Source: an uncultured Gemmatimonadales bacterium
GTDB lineage: Bacteria > Gemmatimonadota > Gemmatimonadetes > Gemmatimonadales > Gemmatimonadaceae
Direction of reading: 5' to 3'
DNA length: 64,000 nt
Assembly: GCA_963850905.1 (NCBI GenBank)
Contig: CAWKMU010000003.1
Location: forward strand, 3,040,001-3,104,000
This document shows, in pieces, positions 48,329 through 60,041 of the stretch. The number at the start of each line of letters is the position of its first letter. Positions within the stretch are counted from its first letter, which is position 1. The notes under the pieces were generated by a model. The model did no database searches, had not been told where the DNA came from, and saw only the letters and a list, made by a program, of their open reading frames with translations. The translations under genes and the position numbers were made by a program.

Positions 48329-50176
48329 ATGCCCACCATCGCTGTCCTCCCCAGCGCCGTCGCCGACCAGATTGCGGCCGGCGAGGTGGTGGAGCGACCG
48401 GCGTCGGCGGTCAAGGAACTGGTCGAGAACGCGCTCGACGCCGGCGCCACGCTGATCGCGATCGACGTCAGCGACGGCGGACGGGGAACGATCCGCGTCA
48501 GCGATAACGGCTGCGGCATGGACCGGGCGGACGCCGAGTTGGCGCTGCAACGCCACGCCACATCAAAGATCCGTAGGGCTGAGGACCTCGTCGGGGTGCG
48601 GAGTTTTGGCTTCCGCGGCGAGGCGCTCCCCGCCATCGGGTCGGTGTCCGAGCTCACTCTGGACACGGCGGCGCAGTCAGGAGTTGGGACGCACGTGCAC
48701 GTATCGGGCGGGTCTATCACCGAGATCGGCGAGACGGCACGCCAGCGAGGCACCACGGTCGTGGTGTCACGGTTGTTCTTCAACGTCCCCGCTCGGCTCA
48801 AGTTCATGCGCGGTACGCGGTCCGAATGGCGCGCGGTATCTGACACCGTGACGGCCGTGGCCCTTGCACGCCGCGACGCGCACATCACCCTGAGCCACGA
48901 GGGGCGGTCTACGCTCGCGCTGCCCGTCGCCGCGTCGCTCCGCGAACGCGTTGGCGGCGTCTGGGGCGCGCCATACGCGGAATCACTGGTGGACGTGCAC
49001 GACGGCACGGGTGCCGCACAGGTGACCGGACTCGTCGAGCGACCTGCCGATGTCGGCACGCGGACCCGTCGCGTGCACCTGTCGGTCAACGGCCGCGCGA
49101 TTCGCGATGGAGGCCTCGTCCGAGCCGCCGAAGCCGCGTATCGGTCGACGGTGCCCGCTGGGCTGCGACCGTCGCTCTTCCTCGAGCTCGCGATCCCGGT
49201 CGACGCAGTCGACGTGAACGTGCATCCGGCCAAAGCCGAGGTCCGATTCCGTGACCGCTGGCCCGTCGAGCGAGCCGTCGAGGGTGCGGTGCGGCACGCG
49301 CTCGGAACGCTCTCGAGCGCGGCGACCGTCGCCCCCCGAGTCTGGGTTGGGTCCGCCGCCTTCGGTGCCGCCCACTTCTTTCCCGGCACGGCTCCCCAGC
49401 CGCCACACGAGACCGCCCACGGGATCGACCTCCTATCAAGCGCTGCCACAGTTGGATCGGGCCCAACGGCGATGTGGAATCAGTTGGACGCGCCGTGGAC
49501 CACGGGCCCAGGCTTGTTCGCACCACGTCAGGGGCCTCCGGGAGAGTCAGCGGGCGAGGACAGCGGTGACGCAGCCAAGGAGACCAACGGTGCGTCGCCG
49601 GCAATCACGGTCCCGCCGCTGCAACAACTGCGACGCACGTACATGATGTTCGAGACCGATGCCGGGCTCGTGTTCATCGACCAGCACTCGGCGCACGAGC
49701 GGATATTGTACGAGCAGTTTATGACCGCGTTTCAGACCGGCCGCCTGCCGTCGCAGCGTTTGCTGTTCGCCTTCACCATGCACCTCAGCGCTGCGGCCGC
49801 GGAGGCGTTCGACGTTCACCGCGATCACTTCGCGCACCTGGGTTTCGAGGTGGATGCCTTTGGAGGCCACACGATCGTCGTGCACGCCGTGCCCGCCCCG
49901 CATCCGCGCTTCGATGCCGAGCGCTGCCTGCGCGACACGCTGGATGCGCTCACGGGCGATCGCCTGCCGAGCGCGAGTGCTCAGCACGAGCGTCTGATCG
50001 CCACAATGTCGTGCAAGGCCGCGATCAAAGCCGGCGACGAGCTGTCGTCGGCCGAGATGCGCGCACTCTACGTGGCGCTCGCGCGCACCACGTTGCCCGT
50101 GCACGACGTCCATGGCCGGTCGACGATCATACGACTGCCCTGGGATGAGGTCGAGCGCCGTTTCGGGCGGCGATGA
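48329..50176 (+). CDS. mutL: DNA mismatch repair endonuclease MutL
   Basis: IAAGEVVERPASAVKELVENALDAGA, HATSKI, GFRGEAL, DVNVHPAK, DQHSAHERILYE, SCKAAIK. Confidence 0.97.
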   Translation: MPTIAVLPSAVADQIAAGEVVERPASAVKELVENALDAGATLIAIDVSDGGRGTIRVSDNGCGMDRADAELALQRHATSKIRRAEDLVGVRSFGFRGEALPAIGSVSELTLDTAAQSGVGTHVHVSGGSITEIGETARQRGTTVVVSRLFFNVPARLKFMRGTRSEWRAVSDTVTAVALARRDAHITLSHEGRSTLALPVAASLRERVGGVWGAPYAESLVDVHDGTGAAQVTGLVERPADVGTRTRRVHLSVNGRAIRDGGLVRAAEAAYRSTVPAGLRPSLFLELAIPVDAVDVNVHPAKAEVRFRDRWPVERAVEGAVRHALGTLSSAATVAPRVWVGSAAFGAAHFFPGTAPQPPHETAHGIDLLSSAATVGSGPTAMWNQLDAPWTTGPGLFAPRQGPPGESAGEDSGDAAKETNGASPAITVPPLQQLRRTYMMFETDAGLVFIDQHSAHERILYEQFMTAFQTGRLPSQRLLFAFTMHLSAAAAEAFDVHRDHFAHLGFEVDAFGGHTIVVHAVPAPHPRFDAERCLRDTLDALTGDRLPSASAQHERLIATMSCKAAIKAGDELSSAEMRALYVALARTTLPVHDVHGRSTIIRLPWDEVERRFGRR

Positions 50177-50934
50177 CGCGCGACCCCGCTCCTGCCGCAT
50201 GTCTCGTCATCTGCGGGCCCACCGCTGGTGGCAAGACTCGCCTCGTTCTTGCGTTACGAGACGCGCTCGACATCTGCGCCGTCAGTGCCGATTCGCGACA
50301 GATCTATCGCGGCTTCGACATTGGGACCGCGAAGCCGACCGCGGCCGAGCGAGCGTTGGTGGCGCACGCCTGTCTCGACCTGGCTGACCCGACGACGCGC
50401 TACACGGCCTATGCGTGGGCGGCCGCGGCCGATCACGCGCTGACCCATGTTGGACGCGAGGGGGCCGTCCCGCTCGTGGTTGGAGGCGCAGGGTTTTACA
50501 TCCGAGCGCTCGTGCATCCGGTGACGACCGATGCTCCGAATGGCGCCGATCGACTGGAGACCCACTACCTGGTGGTGGATCCGGGACCGCCGCTCCGCAG
50601 CCGAATCGCCGAACGTGCCGCCGCAATGGCCCGGGCAGGGTGGCCTGAGGAGGTGGCCGCTCTTGGCCGCTCGGTCCCGCCGGAAGCTCCAGCGTGGCAG
50701 GGATGCGGCTACCTCGACATGCGCGGCTACGTCGAGGGCCGCATATCCTTGGCGACGGCGCTCGAGCGCGTGACGATCGCCACCCGACAGTACGCCAAGC
50801 GACAGCGTACGTGGTTTCGCCACCAGCTCCCGGCGGCACGCGTGACGCGAATCAATCCCGACGACCCCACGGCAGTCCCGCGGGCACTGGAGTGGGTGCG
50901 GAAACATGCCCCGGCCAATCGAGTGAACGTGTGA
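50173..50934 (+). CDS. miaA: tRNA dimethylallyltransferase-family protein, unusually short (253 aa)
   Basis: GPTAGGKT, SADSRQIYRGFDIGTAKP, VGGAGFY, TRQYAKRQRTWFR; directly downstream of mutL. Confidence 0.88.
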   Translation: MTRDPAPAACLVICGPTAGGKTRLVLALRDALDICAVSADSRQIYRGFDIGTAKPTAAERALVAHACLDLADPTTRYTAYAWAAAADHALTHVGREGAVPLVVGGAGFYIRALVHPVTTDAPNGADRLETHYLVVDPGPPLRSRIAERAAAMARAGWPEEVAALGRSVPPEAPAWQGCGYLDMRGYVEGRISLATALERVTIATRQYAKRQRTWFRHQLPAARVTRINPDDPTAVPRALEWVRKHAPANRVNV

Positions 50935-52085
50935 AGATCGGTATCACGTGCTATCCGACCTACGGGGGCTCTGGGGCGGTCGCCACGGAGTTGGGCATCG
51001 CCTTGGCGGAGCGAGGCCATGAAGTCCACTTCATCACGTACCAGCAGCCGTTCCGGCTTCCTGCCTTCCTGCCGCGGATCTATTTCCACGAGGTCGACGT
51101 CGGGCGCTATCCGCTGTTTGAATATCCCCCATACGATCTCGCGCTTGCGGTGCGGATGCACGAAGTCGTACTCGCTCACCATCTCGACATCCTGCACGTG
51201 CACTACGCGATCCCACACGCCACGAGCGCCTGGATTGCACGCGAGATGCTGCGCCAGAGCGGCGCCGACGTGCGCCTCATTACGACGCTCCATGGAACGG
51301 ACATCACCTTGGTTGGTCAGGATCCGTCCTTTCACGCCATTACCAAGTTTTCGATCGAGCGGTCGGACCGTATCACCGCGGTGTCCTCGTACCTGCAGCG
51401 GGAAACCTACTCGGCCTTCGGCTGCACGTCGTGTCTGGTCGAAGTGATCTACAACTTCATCGATCCGGACCGGTACGATCGCGCTCGATACCCCTCGACG
51501 TTGCCGCCGCCCCTGCCGTCCGGAATGCCCGTGTTGATGCACGTCTCCAATTTTCGCCCGGTGAAGCGAACACGCGATGTCGTGCGCGTGTTTGCCCGCG
51601 TGCACGCTTCGCAGCCCTCGGTGCTGGTGATGGTCGGCGACGGTCCGGACCGGCCGGCCGCGGAAGAGGAAGCCCGTCGATTGGGCGTGGCTGACGCCGT
51701 GGCGTTTCTCGGCAAGGTCGATGCAGTCGCGCCGCTCCTCGCGGCCGCCCACGTATTCCTGCTGCCGAGCGAAACCGAATCGTTCGGACTCAGCGCGCTC
51801 GAGGCGCTCGCCTCCGGTGTCCCGGTGGTCGCGTCTCGAGTAGGTGGCTTACCGGAAGTCATTCAGGACGGAGAGACCGGCATCCTGTGCCCGGTCGGCG
51901 ATATCGACGCCATGGCGGCCGGCGCACGTGACCTGCTCAGCGACGGCGCGCGTTGGCGCACCATGAGCCGTCGAGCGGCCGCGGACGCCCGCGAGCGCTT
52001 CAATCGAGACACGATTGTGGGTCAGTACGAGGCGTTGTATAAGGAGACGGTGACAATGTCGTCCGCCCAACGCCCGGCGCCATGA
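50931..52085 (+). CDS. bshA: N-acetyl-alpha-D-glucosaminyl L-malate synthase
   Basis: KIGITCYPTYGGSGAVATELG, YPLFEYPPY, HVHYAIPHA, TTLHGTDITLVG, HVSNFRPVKR, ESFGL. Confidence 0.93.
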   Translation: MKIGITCYPTYGGSGAVATELGIALAERGHEVHFITYQQPFRLPAFLPRIYFHEVDVGRYPLFEYPPYDLALAVRMHEVVLAHHLDILHVHYAIPHATSAWIAREMLRQSGADVRLITTLHGTDITLVGQDPSFHAITKFSIERSDRITAVSSYLQRETYSAFGCTSCLVEVIYNFIDPDRYDRARYPSTLPPPLPSGMPVLMHVSNFRPVKRTRDVVRVFARVHASQPSVLVMVGDGPDRPAAEEEARRLGVADAVAFLGKVDAVAPLLAAAHVFLLPSETESFGLSALEALASGVPVVASRVGGLPEVIQDGETGILCPVGDIDAMAAGARDLLSDGARWRTMSRRAAADARERFNRDTIVGQYEALYKETVTMSSAQRPAP

Positions 52086-52110
52086 GCGCATCCACCCGAA
52101 ACCGCACGTC

Positions 52111-52920
52111 ATGACTCCGTTTCAAGCTCTAGTCCTCGGCGTCCTTCAGGGGCTCGCCGAATTCATCCCCGTCAGCAGCTCGGCGCACCTCGTCCTCGCG
52201 CCATGGGTCTTCGGCTGGCAAGATCCCGGTCTGGCCTTCGATGTCGCGCTTCATGTGGGCACACTCATCGCCCTGCTGTGGTACTTCCGAGCCGAGTGGG
52301 TGCGCTTACTGTCCAGTGCCCTCGTCGTGCTCCGAACGCGGTCGCTGCAGGGGCCCGAAGAGCGCCGGCTCGCGTATCTCGTGGTGGGGACGATCCCCGG
52401 AGGGATCGCTGGCGTGCTGTTCGAGCGGAAAGCGGACGAGGCGTTCCGCGCCCCGGTCCTGGTCGCGTCCGCGCTGATCGTCATGGGGATTCTGCTGTGG
52501 CTCGTGGACATTGCCGCTCCGGCCCGTCGCACATTGGATCGGATGGGATGGCGCGATGCCATCCTCATTGGCATCGCCCAGGCGTTCGCCATCGTCCCCG
52601 GCGTCTCTCGTTCCGGCGCGACGATCACGGCCGGCCGAGCACTCCAACTGGATCGCGAAAGCGCGGCCGTTTTCAGCTTCTTGTTGAGCATGCCCATCAT
52701 CGCTGGCGCCGCCGCTCACGAGGTGCCGCGGCTCGTGCATGCGGGGATGACGGGCCCCCTGCTGATCGGCGTGGTCAGCGCTGCAGTGAGCGGATGGATT
52801 GCCATCGCGGTCGTGCTCCGGTACGTCAAGCGCCACAGCTACGGCGCGTTCGCCCTCTATCGCGTGCTGCTCGGCGCATCGGTCCTCGCCCTCGTGGCGT
52901 ATCGAGCGCGACATGGTTGA
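52111..52920 (+). CDS. uppP: Undecaprenyl-diphosphate phosphatase (BacA)
   Basis: QGLAEFIPVSSSAH, HVGT, PGVSRSGAT, FSFLLS. Confidence 0.95.
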   Translation: MTPFQALVLGVLQGLAEFIPVSSSAHLVLAPWVFGWQDPGLAFDVALHVGTLIALLWYFRAEWVRLLSSALVVLRTRSLQGPEERRLAYLVVGTIPGGIAGVLFERKADEAFRAPVLVASALIVMGILLWLVDIAAPARRTLDRMGWRDAILIGIAQAFAIVPGVSRSGATITAGRALQLDRESAAVFSFLLSMPIIAGAAAHEVPRLVHAGMTGPLLIGVVSAAVSGWIAIAVVLRYVKRHSYGAFALYRVLLGASVLALVAYRARHG

Positions 52921-53735
52921 TCGTGCGGGATCAACCTCGGACACTCGCCCCGGGCCGAGGTCCGGCCCGGCGACGAACGGTGCATCCGCGCGCTGGGAAG
53001 GGTTGAGCGGGGAGGATCTGGCCGATCATCTCGGTGCGCCCGGTGTGGTCGTGCATAGTTCAGTGGAGTCGACGATGGATGCCGCGCACCTCCTTGCCGC
53101 CGATGGCGCGCCCGCCGGCACCCTCGTGATCGCCGATCACCAGACCGCGGGCCGGGGGCGCGGGGGCCATGCGTGGGTCTCGCCACCCGGCAGTGGCATC
53201 TCGGATGACCCTCATCGAGCGCCCGACTGATAGCACCGCCCTCGAGCTCTGGGGCGTGCGCTGCGGGATCCACGTGGCGACCGCGCTCGACCCATACGCT
53301 GGTCAGCTCGTCGGGATCAAGTGGCCCAACGACTTGTATCTGGGCGGCCGGAAGCTCGCGGGCATCCTGATCGAGGCCCGATGGCAAGAGCAGCAGCTGC
53401 TGTGGGTCGCCATCGGCATGGGCATCAACGTTCGTTCGCCCGTGACGGTGACCACAGCCGCCGGCCTCGATCCGACGGCGGATCGGGTGGGGGTCCTCAC
53501 AGGAGTCGTGGCCGCTCTCCGTACCGCTGTGCAGTTGAATGGCACGCTCAACCGGGATGAGATGCGCGAGTGTAAGGCGCGCGACATTGCCCGTGGTCGC
53601 GAATGTCGCGAGCCTGGGGTCGGGTGCGTAGTAGGTATTAGTGCGCGCGGCGAGTTGGAGGTCCGGACGGCAAGCGGTGTGCAGTCGTTTCGCACCGGAT
53701 CACTGGTGTTGGACCAGCACGCGGAGGTGGCGTGA
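52913..53735 (+). CDS. birA: Biotin-[acetyl-CoA-carboxylase] ligase (apparent +1 frameshift at ~53202)
   Basis: STMD, QTAGRGRGGHAWVSP then IKWPND, RKLAGIL, IGMGIN; deleting C53202 gives GIWMT. Confidence 0.9.
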
Positions 53736-54509
53736 TCCTCGTCTTTGACGTGGGCAACAGCGAGACCACGGTGGGCCTCTACGAGGCCGCGACGCTGCGC
53801 CAGCACTGGCGCCTCACGACCACCGTCGAGCGCACGCCCGACGAGCTCTCCCTACTGATCCGACAGATGCTCGCGGCCCGAAACGTCGCGCTCGGGGAAG
53901 TGACTGGGACCGCCATCGGGTCGGTGGTTCCCGCGCTCACGGGGCCTCTGGCGAGATGCCTGCGCGGCATGTTTCGGCAAACCCGCCCTCTTAGTCGACG
54001 CAGCGGCCCGTCTGCCGATCCGCCTCGCGGTCGACGAACCCATGACGGTTGGTGCGGATCGCATCATCAACACGCTCGCGGCGAGTCAGCTGTACAAGCG
54101 CGATACCATCGTGGTGGACCTGGGCACGGCGACCACCTACGACTGTATCACTGGCGACGGCGTCTTTCTGGGCGGTGTCATCGCACCCGGCATTCGGACT
54201 TCAGCGGAGACGCTGGTCCGCCGCACGGCGAAGCTGCCGGCGACCGAGCTCTATGCCCCTGACAAAGTGATCGGCACGCGGACCGAAGACTGTATCCGTG
54301 CGGGTGTGATGTTCGGCGCGGCCGGTGCGGTCGACGGCATCGTCCGCCGGATCATCCAGGCGTGGCCGACATCGGCCCGGCCCCATGTGGTGGCGACGGG
54401 CGGTCTCGCGGAAGTCGTGCGGCCGCTGTGCGAGACCCTGGAGGTCGTCGCACCGCACCTCACGCTGGACGGATTGCGGATTGCATACGAGCTACTGAAG
54501 GGACGCTAG
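53732..54509 (+). CDS. coaX: Type III pantothenate kinase (apparent +1 frameshift at ~53954)
   Basis: DVGNS, SVVP then VGADR, VDLGTATT, GGVIAPG, TAKLP, ATGG. Confidence 0.92.
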
Positions 54510-54590
54510 ACGCTGGACGCTAGTACAACAAACCTCGGGGGCCGGTCCACTGCGGGTGCCTCTGAGGTTTGTGTTCGAGCCGTCCAGCGC
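54503..54590. repeat. Degenerate TRGACGC heptamer-arm hairpin after coaX
   Basis: GACGCTAGACGCTGGACGC; ACAAACCTCGG / CTGAGGTTTGT. Confidence 0.6.
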
Positions 54591-54662
54591 CCCTTCAGGT
54601 CCGTGACGTAAGTCGTTCCTAAACAGCAACTTACGATCTGGCGCGTACCTGGCAGTCCCCCC

Positions 54663-54691
54663 TTGCCCATCCCTCCGTCGCTCATTACATT
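54663..54691 (+). promoter_or_regulatory. Putative sigma70-type promoter of groESL
   Basis: TTGCCC-17 nt-TACATT immediately upstream of CIRCE. Confidence 0.6.
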
Positions 54692-54696
54692 CGGCG

Positions 54697-54724
54697 TTAG
54701 CACTCTATACGTGAAGAGTGCTAA
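54697..54724 (+). promoter_or_regulatory. CIRCE element (HrcA operator)
   Basis: TTAGCACTC-tatacgtgaa-GAGTGCTAA upstream of groES; spacer 10 nt versus canonical 9. Confidence 0.92.
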
Positions 54725-54774
54725 CAGACTGCATTACGTGTGGGTCGACCTTACTGCATGGAGAGGATGTCGGT

Positions 54775-55083
54775 ATGGCCACTAAGACTGCCACGAGCAC
54801 CAAGGTTACGCCCTTGGCCGATCGAGTCGTGGTGAAACCACTGGAGGAGGCCGAGCAGATGCGCGGCGGTCTCTACATCCCGGACACCGCGAAAGAGAAG
54901 CCGCAGCAGGGCGAGATCGTCGCCGTGGGGCCCGGCCGGTATGAGGACGGGAAGCGCATTCCGCCCGACGTGAAGGTCGGCGACAAGGTGCTGTACGGGA
55001 AGTACAGCGGCACCGAAGTGACGATCGATGGCGAGCAGGTCCTGATCCTTCGCGAGTCGGACGTGCTGGCAGTGATTGGCTGA
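54775..55083 (+). CDS. groES: Co-chaperonin GroES
   Basis: [34 protein letters not shown]. Confidence 0.97.
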   Translation: MATKTATSTKVTPLADRVVVKPLEEAEQMRGGLYIPDTAKEKPQQGEIVAVGPGRYEDGKRIPPDVKVGDKVLYGKYSGTEVTIDGEQVLILRESDVLAVIG

Positions 55084-55132
55084 GCGCGACGCAACCACAC
55101 CGTTTCAGGACGAGACTTCAAGAGGATATTGA

Positions 55133-56774
<1,642 letters not shown>

Positions 56775-56780
56775 AAAAGC

Positions 56781-56910
56781 AACTACGGGGTCAGGGACCA
56801 GGGGTCGGGGGTCCGGGACCTAAGCTCGAAGGCCAGCCACAATGCACTGTGGCTGGCCTTCGTCGTTTTTGTACTTCCCTGACCCGGTCCCTGGTCCCTG
56901 ACCCCGCCGT
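56781..56910. repeat. GGGTCAG heptamer-arm palindrome with GAAGGCCAG core; terminator of groEL and the convergent operon
   Basis: CGAAGGCCAGCCACA-atgcac-TGTGGCTGGCCTTCG then T-run. Confidence 0.8.
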
Positions 56911-56918
56911 TTAGTCTC

Positions 56919-57723
56919 TCACAACCCAAGCGTCAACTGCGCGGCTGAACCCGCCCCAAACGGCCCCGCCACCTTGTCCTGCGTCGCCACATCGAGCGTT
57001 GCACTACGAGCGCCAGTGCGCGCGAGCGCCGCTGCCATGGAGCGCAGCGCGAGCGCCGGCTCGTTGCAGTTCGCGCTGAGATGCGCGAGCACCACGCGGG
57101 TGAGTCCGCGGTGCGCGACGCTCCGTACGAGGTCGGCCGCTGCGGCGTTGCTCGAGATGCCCATGCGGGCCCGCGATGCGGTTGGCCACCGAGCGCGGAT
57201 AGGGCCCCGTCCGAAGCAACACGTCATCGTGATTCGACTCGACGATGAGCACGTCGACATCGGTCAGTCCTCGCCGGACGACGTCCGTCGCCCGGCCCAG
57301 GTCATATGCGACGCCAGTTCGGAAACCGGATCGCCTGGCGGTCGCGACGATCGCAACGGGGGCCGCTGCATCATGAGGGACCGGGATCGTACTCACGTCC
57401 ATGGTGCCCAGGACGACACCGTCACCCGCCCGCAGCGACTCGGTACCCGCGGCCGCAAGCTCGACATCCGCGGCCACCGTGCCGCGCGTCGCAAGCAGCC
57501 GCCAGCCGAACAACCTCCTGCCCGCGATCGCCGCGCGGGCATGGTCTGAGTGCTCGTGCGTGAGTACGACCAGCTCGATCTGCTCCGGTGCCACACCGAT
57601 GCTGGCAAGACGGCGTACCAGGGTCCGGATCGGCAGCCCGGCGTCAACCAGCGCAAAGGAACCGTCGGCCTCCAGCAGGACCGCGTTCCCGTTACTGCCG
57701 GTTCCGAGCACCCAGCTTCTCAT
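56919..57723 (-). CDS. MBL-fold metallo-hydrolase, YycJ/WalJ-like (apparent +1 frameshift at ~57153)
   Basis: LGTGSNGN, THEHSDH, VPHDA, ESNHD, GHL(SN), LAHLS across two frames. Confidence 0.88.
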
Positions 57724-58961
57724 CGCGTTTTCGTCCGCTCGCCGTCTCCGCTGGCCCACTGGCTTGCGTGAGCGAGCGCTCGAGCGTGCGCCGCCGTGAG
57801 CGTTCGCCTGGCGTCGTCGGTCAGTGGCACCTCGCGGCGCGCCATCTGTCGCTCTGCCACCTCCAGCAACTTGGGGAGCGCAAAGGTTGCAAATGGCGGC
57901 CGATCCCCCCACGCAAACGGGGGCACCGTCTTCGGCGCCGCGACCCCGAAAAAATTCGCCCCCGCGCCCATCACCGTCCCGGTCGTCAATCGGACGCCGA
58001 TCCCCGTGCGCGCGTAATCCCCGATGAACGCGCCGAGAAAGGTGAGCCCGGTATCACGCACACCGGCCGGAGTCCAGAGTTGAACCGGGCCGTAGGTGTT
58101 CTTGAGGTTACTCGTGATCGTACCGGCGCCCAGGTTGACCCAGCGTCCCATATAGGAGTGCCCGACAAATCCGTCGTGCGACTTGTTCGAGTAGCCCAGG
58201 ACGACCGAGACGGCGAGCTCGCCGTGCACCTTGCAGTGGTCTCCGATCGACGACGCGGCTATCCGATCCGCGGTGACGCTGGATGCTTCACCGATCACGC
58301 ACGGTCCCACGATCCGCGTAAACGCGTGGACCGTCGCGCGTGACCGCACGAGTGCAGGGCCGCTGCGGAGGTCGAAGAGGGTCTGCGGCTCGATCACTGC
58401 ACCGCGTTCGATGAATAGCGGGTGCTCACCCAGACAGGTCGCCTGCGACGCCGCGCCGCCATCGAGCGACAGACCGGTCGCCAGCCGAGGAATGTCATCG
58501 GCGAGCTGAGCGGGGAGATCGCGGATGTAGTCCCACACGTGGTCGACCCAGCGACCCGCAACCTCGGCGCAACGTACGTCAGCGCCCACGAGCGTCTCGA
58601 GTGCGTCGCCGCTCTCCACCAGCGCCTCGGGATCGAGCGGCCGCTGGATCCGCACAGCGGCGACACGACCTTGACACATCCACACGTCCTCGGCCGGCCC
58701 CGCCGTGAGCATCGGGATGCAACGGCTATTGGCAATGCGGGCTCGAGGCGGAATGATGCGCGTAACAGCTGTCGGCGCGTCCAGCTCGGAGAAGTCGCGC
58801 AGATGGCTGGCGACCAGCGTGCCAGCTACCGGCTCCCCGCACACGCTCGCCCACCGACGCCGCGTAATGATGCCGCCGGCACATAGCTCCGACACGGGAC
58901 GTGTGAGCGCGAACGGCTCGAACGTCCGCGCCAGCGCGTCATCGTAGAGATAAAGGGCCAC
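57720..58961 (-). CDS. GlmU-like putative sugar nucleotidyltransferase with left-handed beta-helix
   Basis: PFALTRPVSEL, NKSHDGFVGHSYMGRWVNLGAGT.TSNLKN. Confidence 0.85.
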   Translation of the reverse strand: MALYLYDDALARTFEPFALTRPVSELCAGGIITRRRWASVCGEPVAGTLVASHLRDFSELDAPTAVTRIIPPRARIANSRCIPMLTAGPAEDVWMCQGRVAAVRIQRPLDPEALVESGDALETLVGADVRCAEVAGRWVDHVWDYIRDLPAQLADDIPRLATGLSLDGGAASQATCLGEHPLFIERGAVIEPQTLFDLRSGPALVRSRATVHAFTRIVGPCVIGEASSVTADRIAASSIGDHCKVHGELAVSVVLGYSNKSHDGFVGHSYMGRWVNLGAGTITSNLKNTYGPVQLWTPAGVRDTGLTFLGAFIGDYARTGIGVRLTTGTVMGAGANFFGVAAPKTVPPFAWGDRPPFATFALPKLLEVAERQMARREVPLTDDARRTLTAAHARALAHASQWASGDGERTKTR

Positions 58962-58973
58962 CCCCCGATCCCG

Positions 58974-60041
58974 TTACGCCGAAGGCGCGGCCAATTGGGC
59001 CGGCAACGACTCGACCAGTGTCTTGAGGTCGGCTGATCGGTCCACCGTGGTCACGAGAGTCAGTCCGTCGCGGGTGACGACGACGAGATCCGAAACGCCA
59101 TACATCACCACCGTGCCGGACTCGGCGTGTACGACGTTGTCGCGCGCGTCGACTGTCTGCACCGTTCCGTAAACGGTGTTGCCGGCGGCATCCTGCTGCC
59201 GCACCCGTCGGAGCGCTGCCCACGTGCCTACGTCATCCCACCCGAAGTCGCCCGCCATGACGAGGACGCGGCGGCTCCGCTCCAGCACCCCGACATCGAC
59301 CGACACAGATTTCGCCGCGGCGAAAAACGCGTCGGCGTCGTTGGTCCTCCGGGCAATCTCCAGGGCCGGCGAGACCTCCGGTGTAAGCCGCGTGACTTCC
59401 TCCAGGAAATCACCCACGCGCCACACAAAGATCCCCGAGTTCCACAGGTAGCCGTCGCGCACCATCGATGCGGCGCGCGCGCGGTCCGGCTTCTCGACGA
59501 AGCGCTGCACTTCCCGAATGCCGGTGCCGACTTCACGACCCGGACAGATGTAGCCGAACCCAGGGTCCGGCCGTGTCGGAACGACGCCAACCGTGACCAG
59601 GCTCGCATGCGACACGGCTGCGACCGCAGCGCGATCGAGCGCGGCCCGAAAGCCGGCGTCATCAGCGACCGCCCAATCGGCATGCACGCAGATCATCACG
59701 GCCTCGGGGCCCGCGCGCCGCTCGATCGCGTGCGCAGCCCACGTCAACGCGGCGGCGGTGCCGGCCGGACGAGGCTCCGTCAGGACGTGGCTCGCGGGCA
59801 GCCCCGTCAGCGCACTGACAGTCGGCGCGAGCGTGCGGCTTGTGAGCACCAGAGTCCGGGTCGCAGGCACCAACGGCTCGAGCCTTCGCAGCGTATCGGT
59901 CAAGAGCGGCTGGTCAGTGACGAGCGGCAGGAGTTGTTTCGGTCGCTGTGGTGTGCTGAGCGGCCAGAAGCGAGACCCCACGCCACCGGCCAACACAACC
60001 GCCCAGCGGTCCTGCGCGTCAGCTGGCGTCGGTTCCTCCAT
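58974..60041 (-). CDS. manC: Mannose-1-phosphate guanylyltransferase
   Basis: LAGGVGSRFWPLS, PKQ, GFGYI, FVEKP, WNSGIF, WDDVGTW. Confidence 0.9.
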   Translation of the reverse strand: MEEPTPADAQDRWAVVLAGGVGSRFWPLSTPQRPKQLLPLVTDQPLLTDTLRRLEPLVPATRTLVLTSRTLAPTVSALTGLPASHVLTEPRPAGTAAALTWAAHAIERRAGPEAVMICVHADWAVADDAGFRAALDRAAVAAVSHASLVTVGVVPTRPDPGFGYICPGREVGTGIREVQRFVEKPDRARAASMVRDGYLWNSGIFVWRVGDFLEEVTRLTPEVSPALEIARRTNDADAFFAAAKSVSVDVGVLERSRRVLVMAGDFGWDDVGTWAALRRVRQQDAAGNTVYGTVQTVDARDNVVHAESGTVVMYGVSDLVVVTRDGLTLVTTVDRSADLKTLVESLPAQLAAPSA

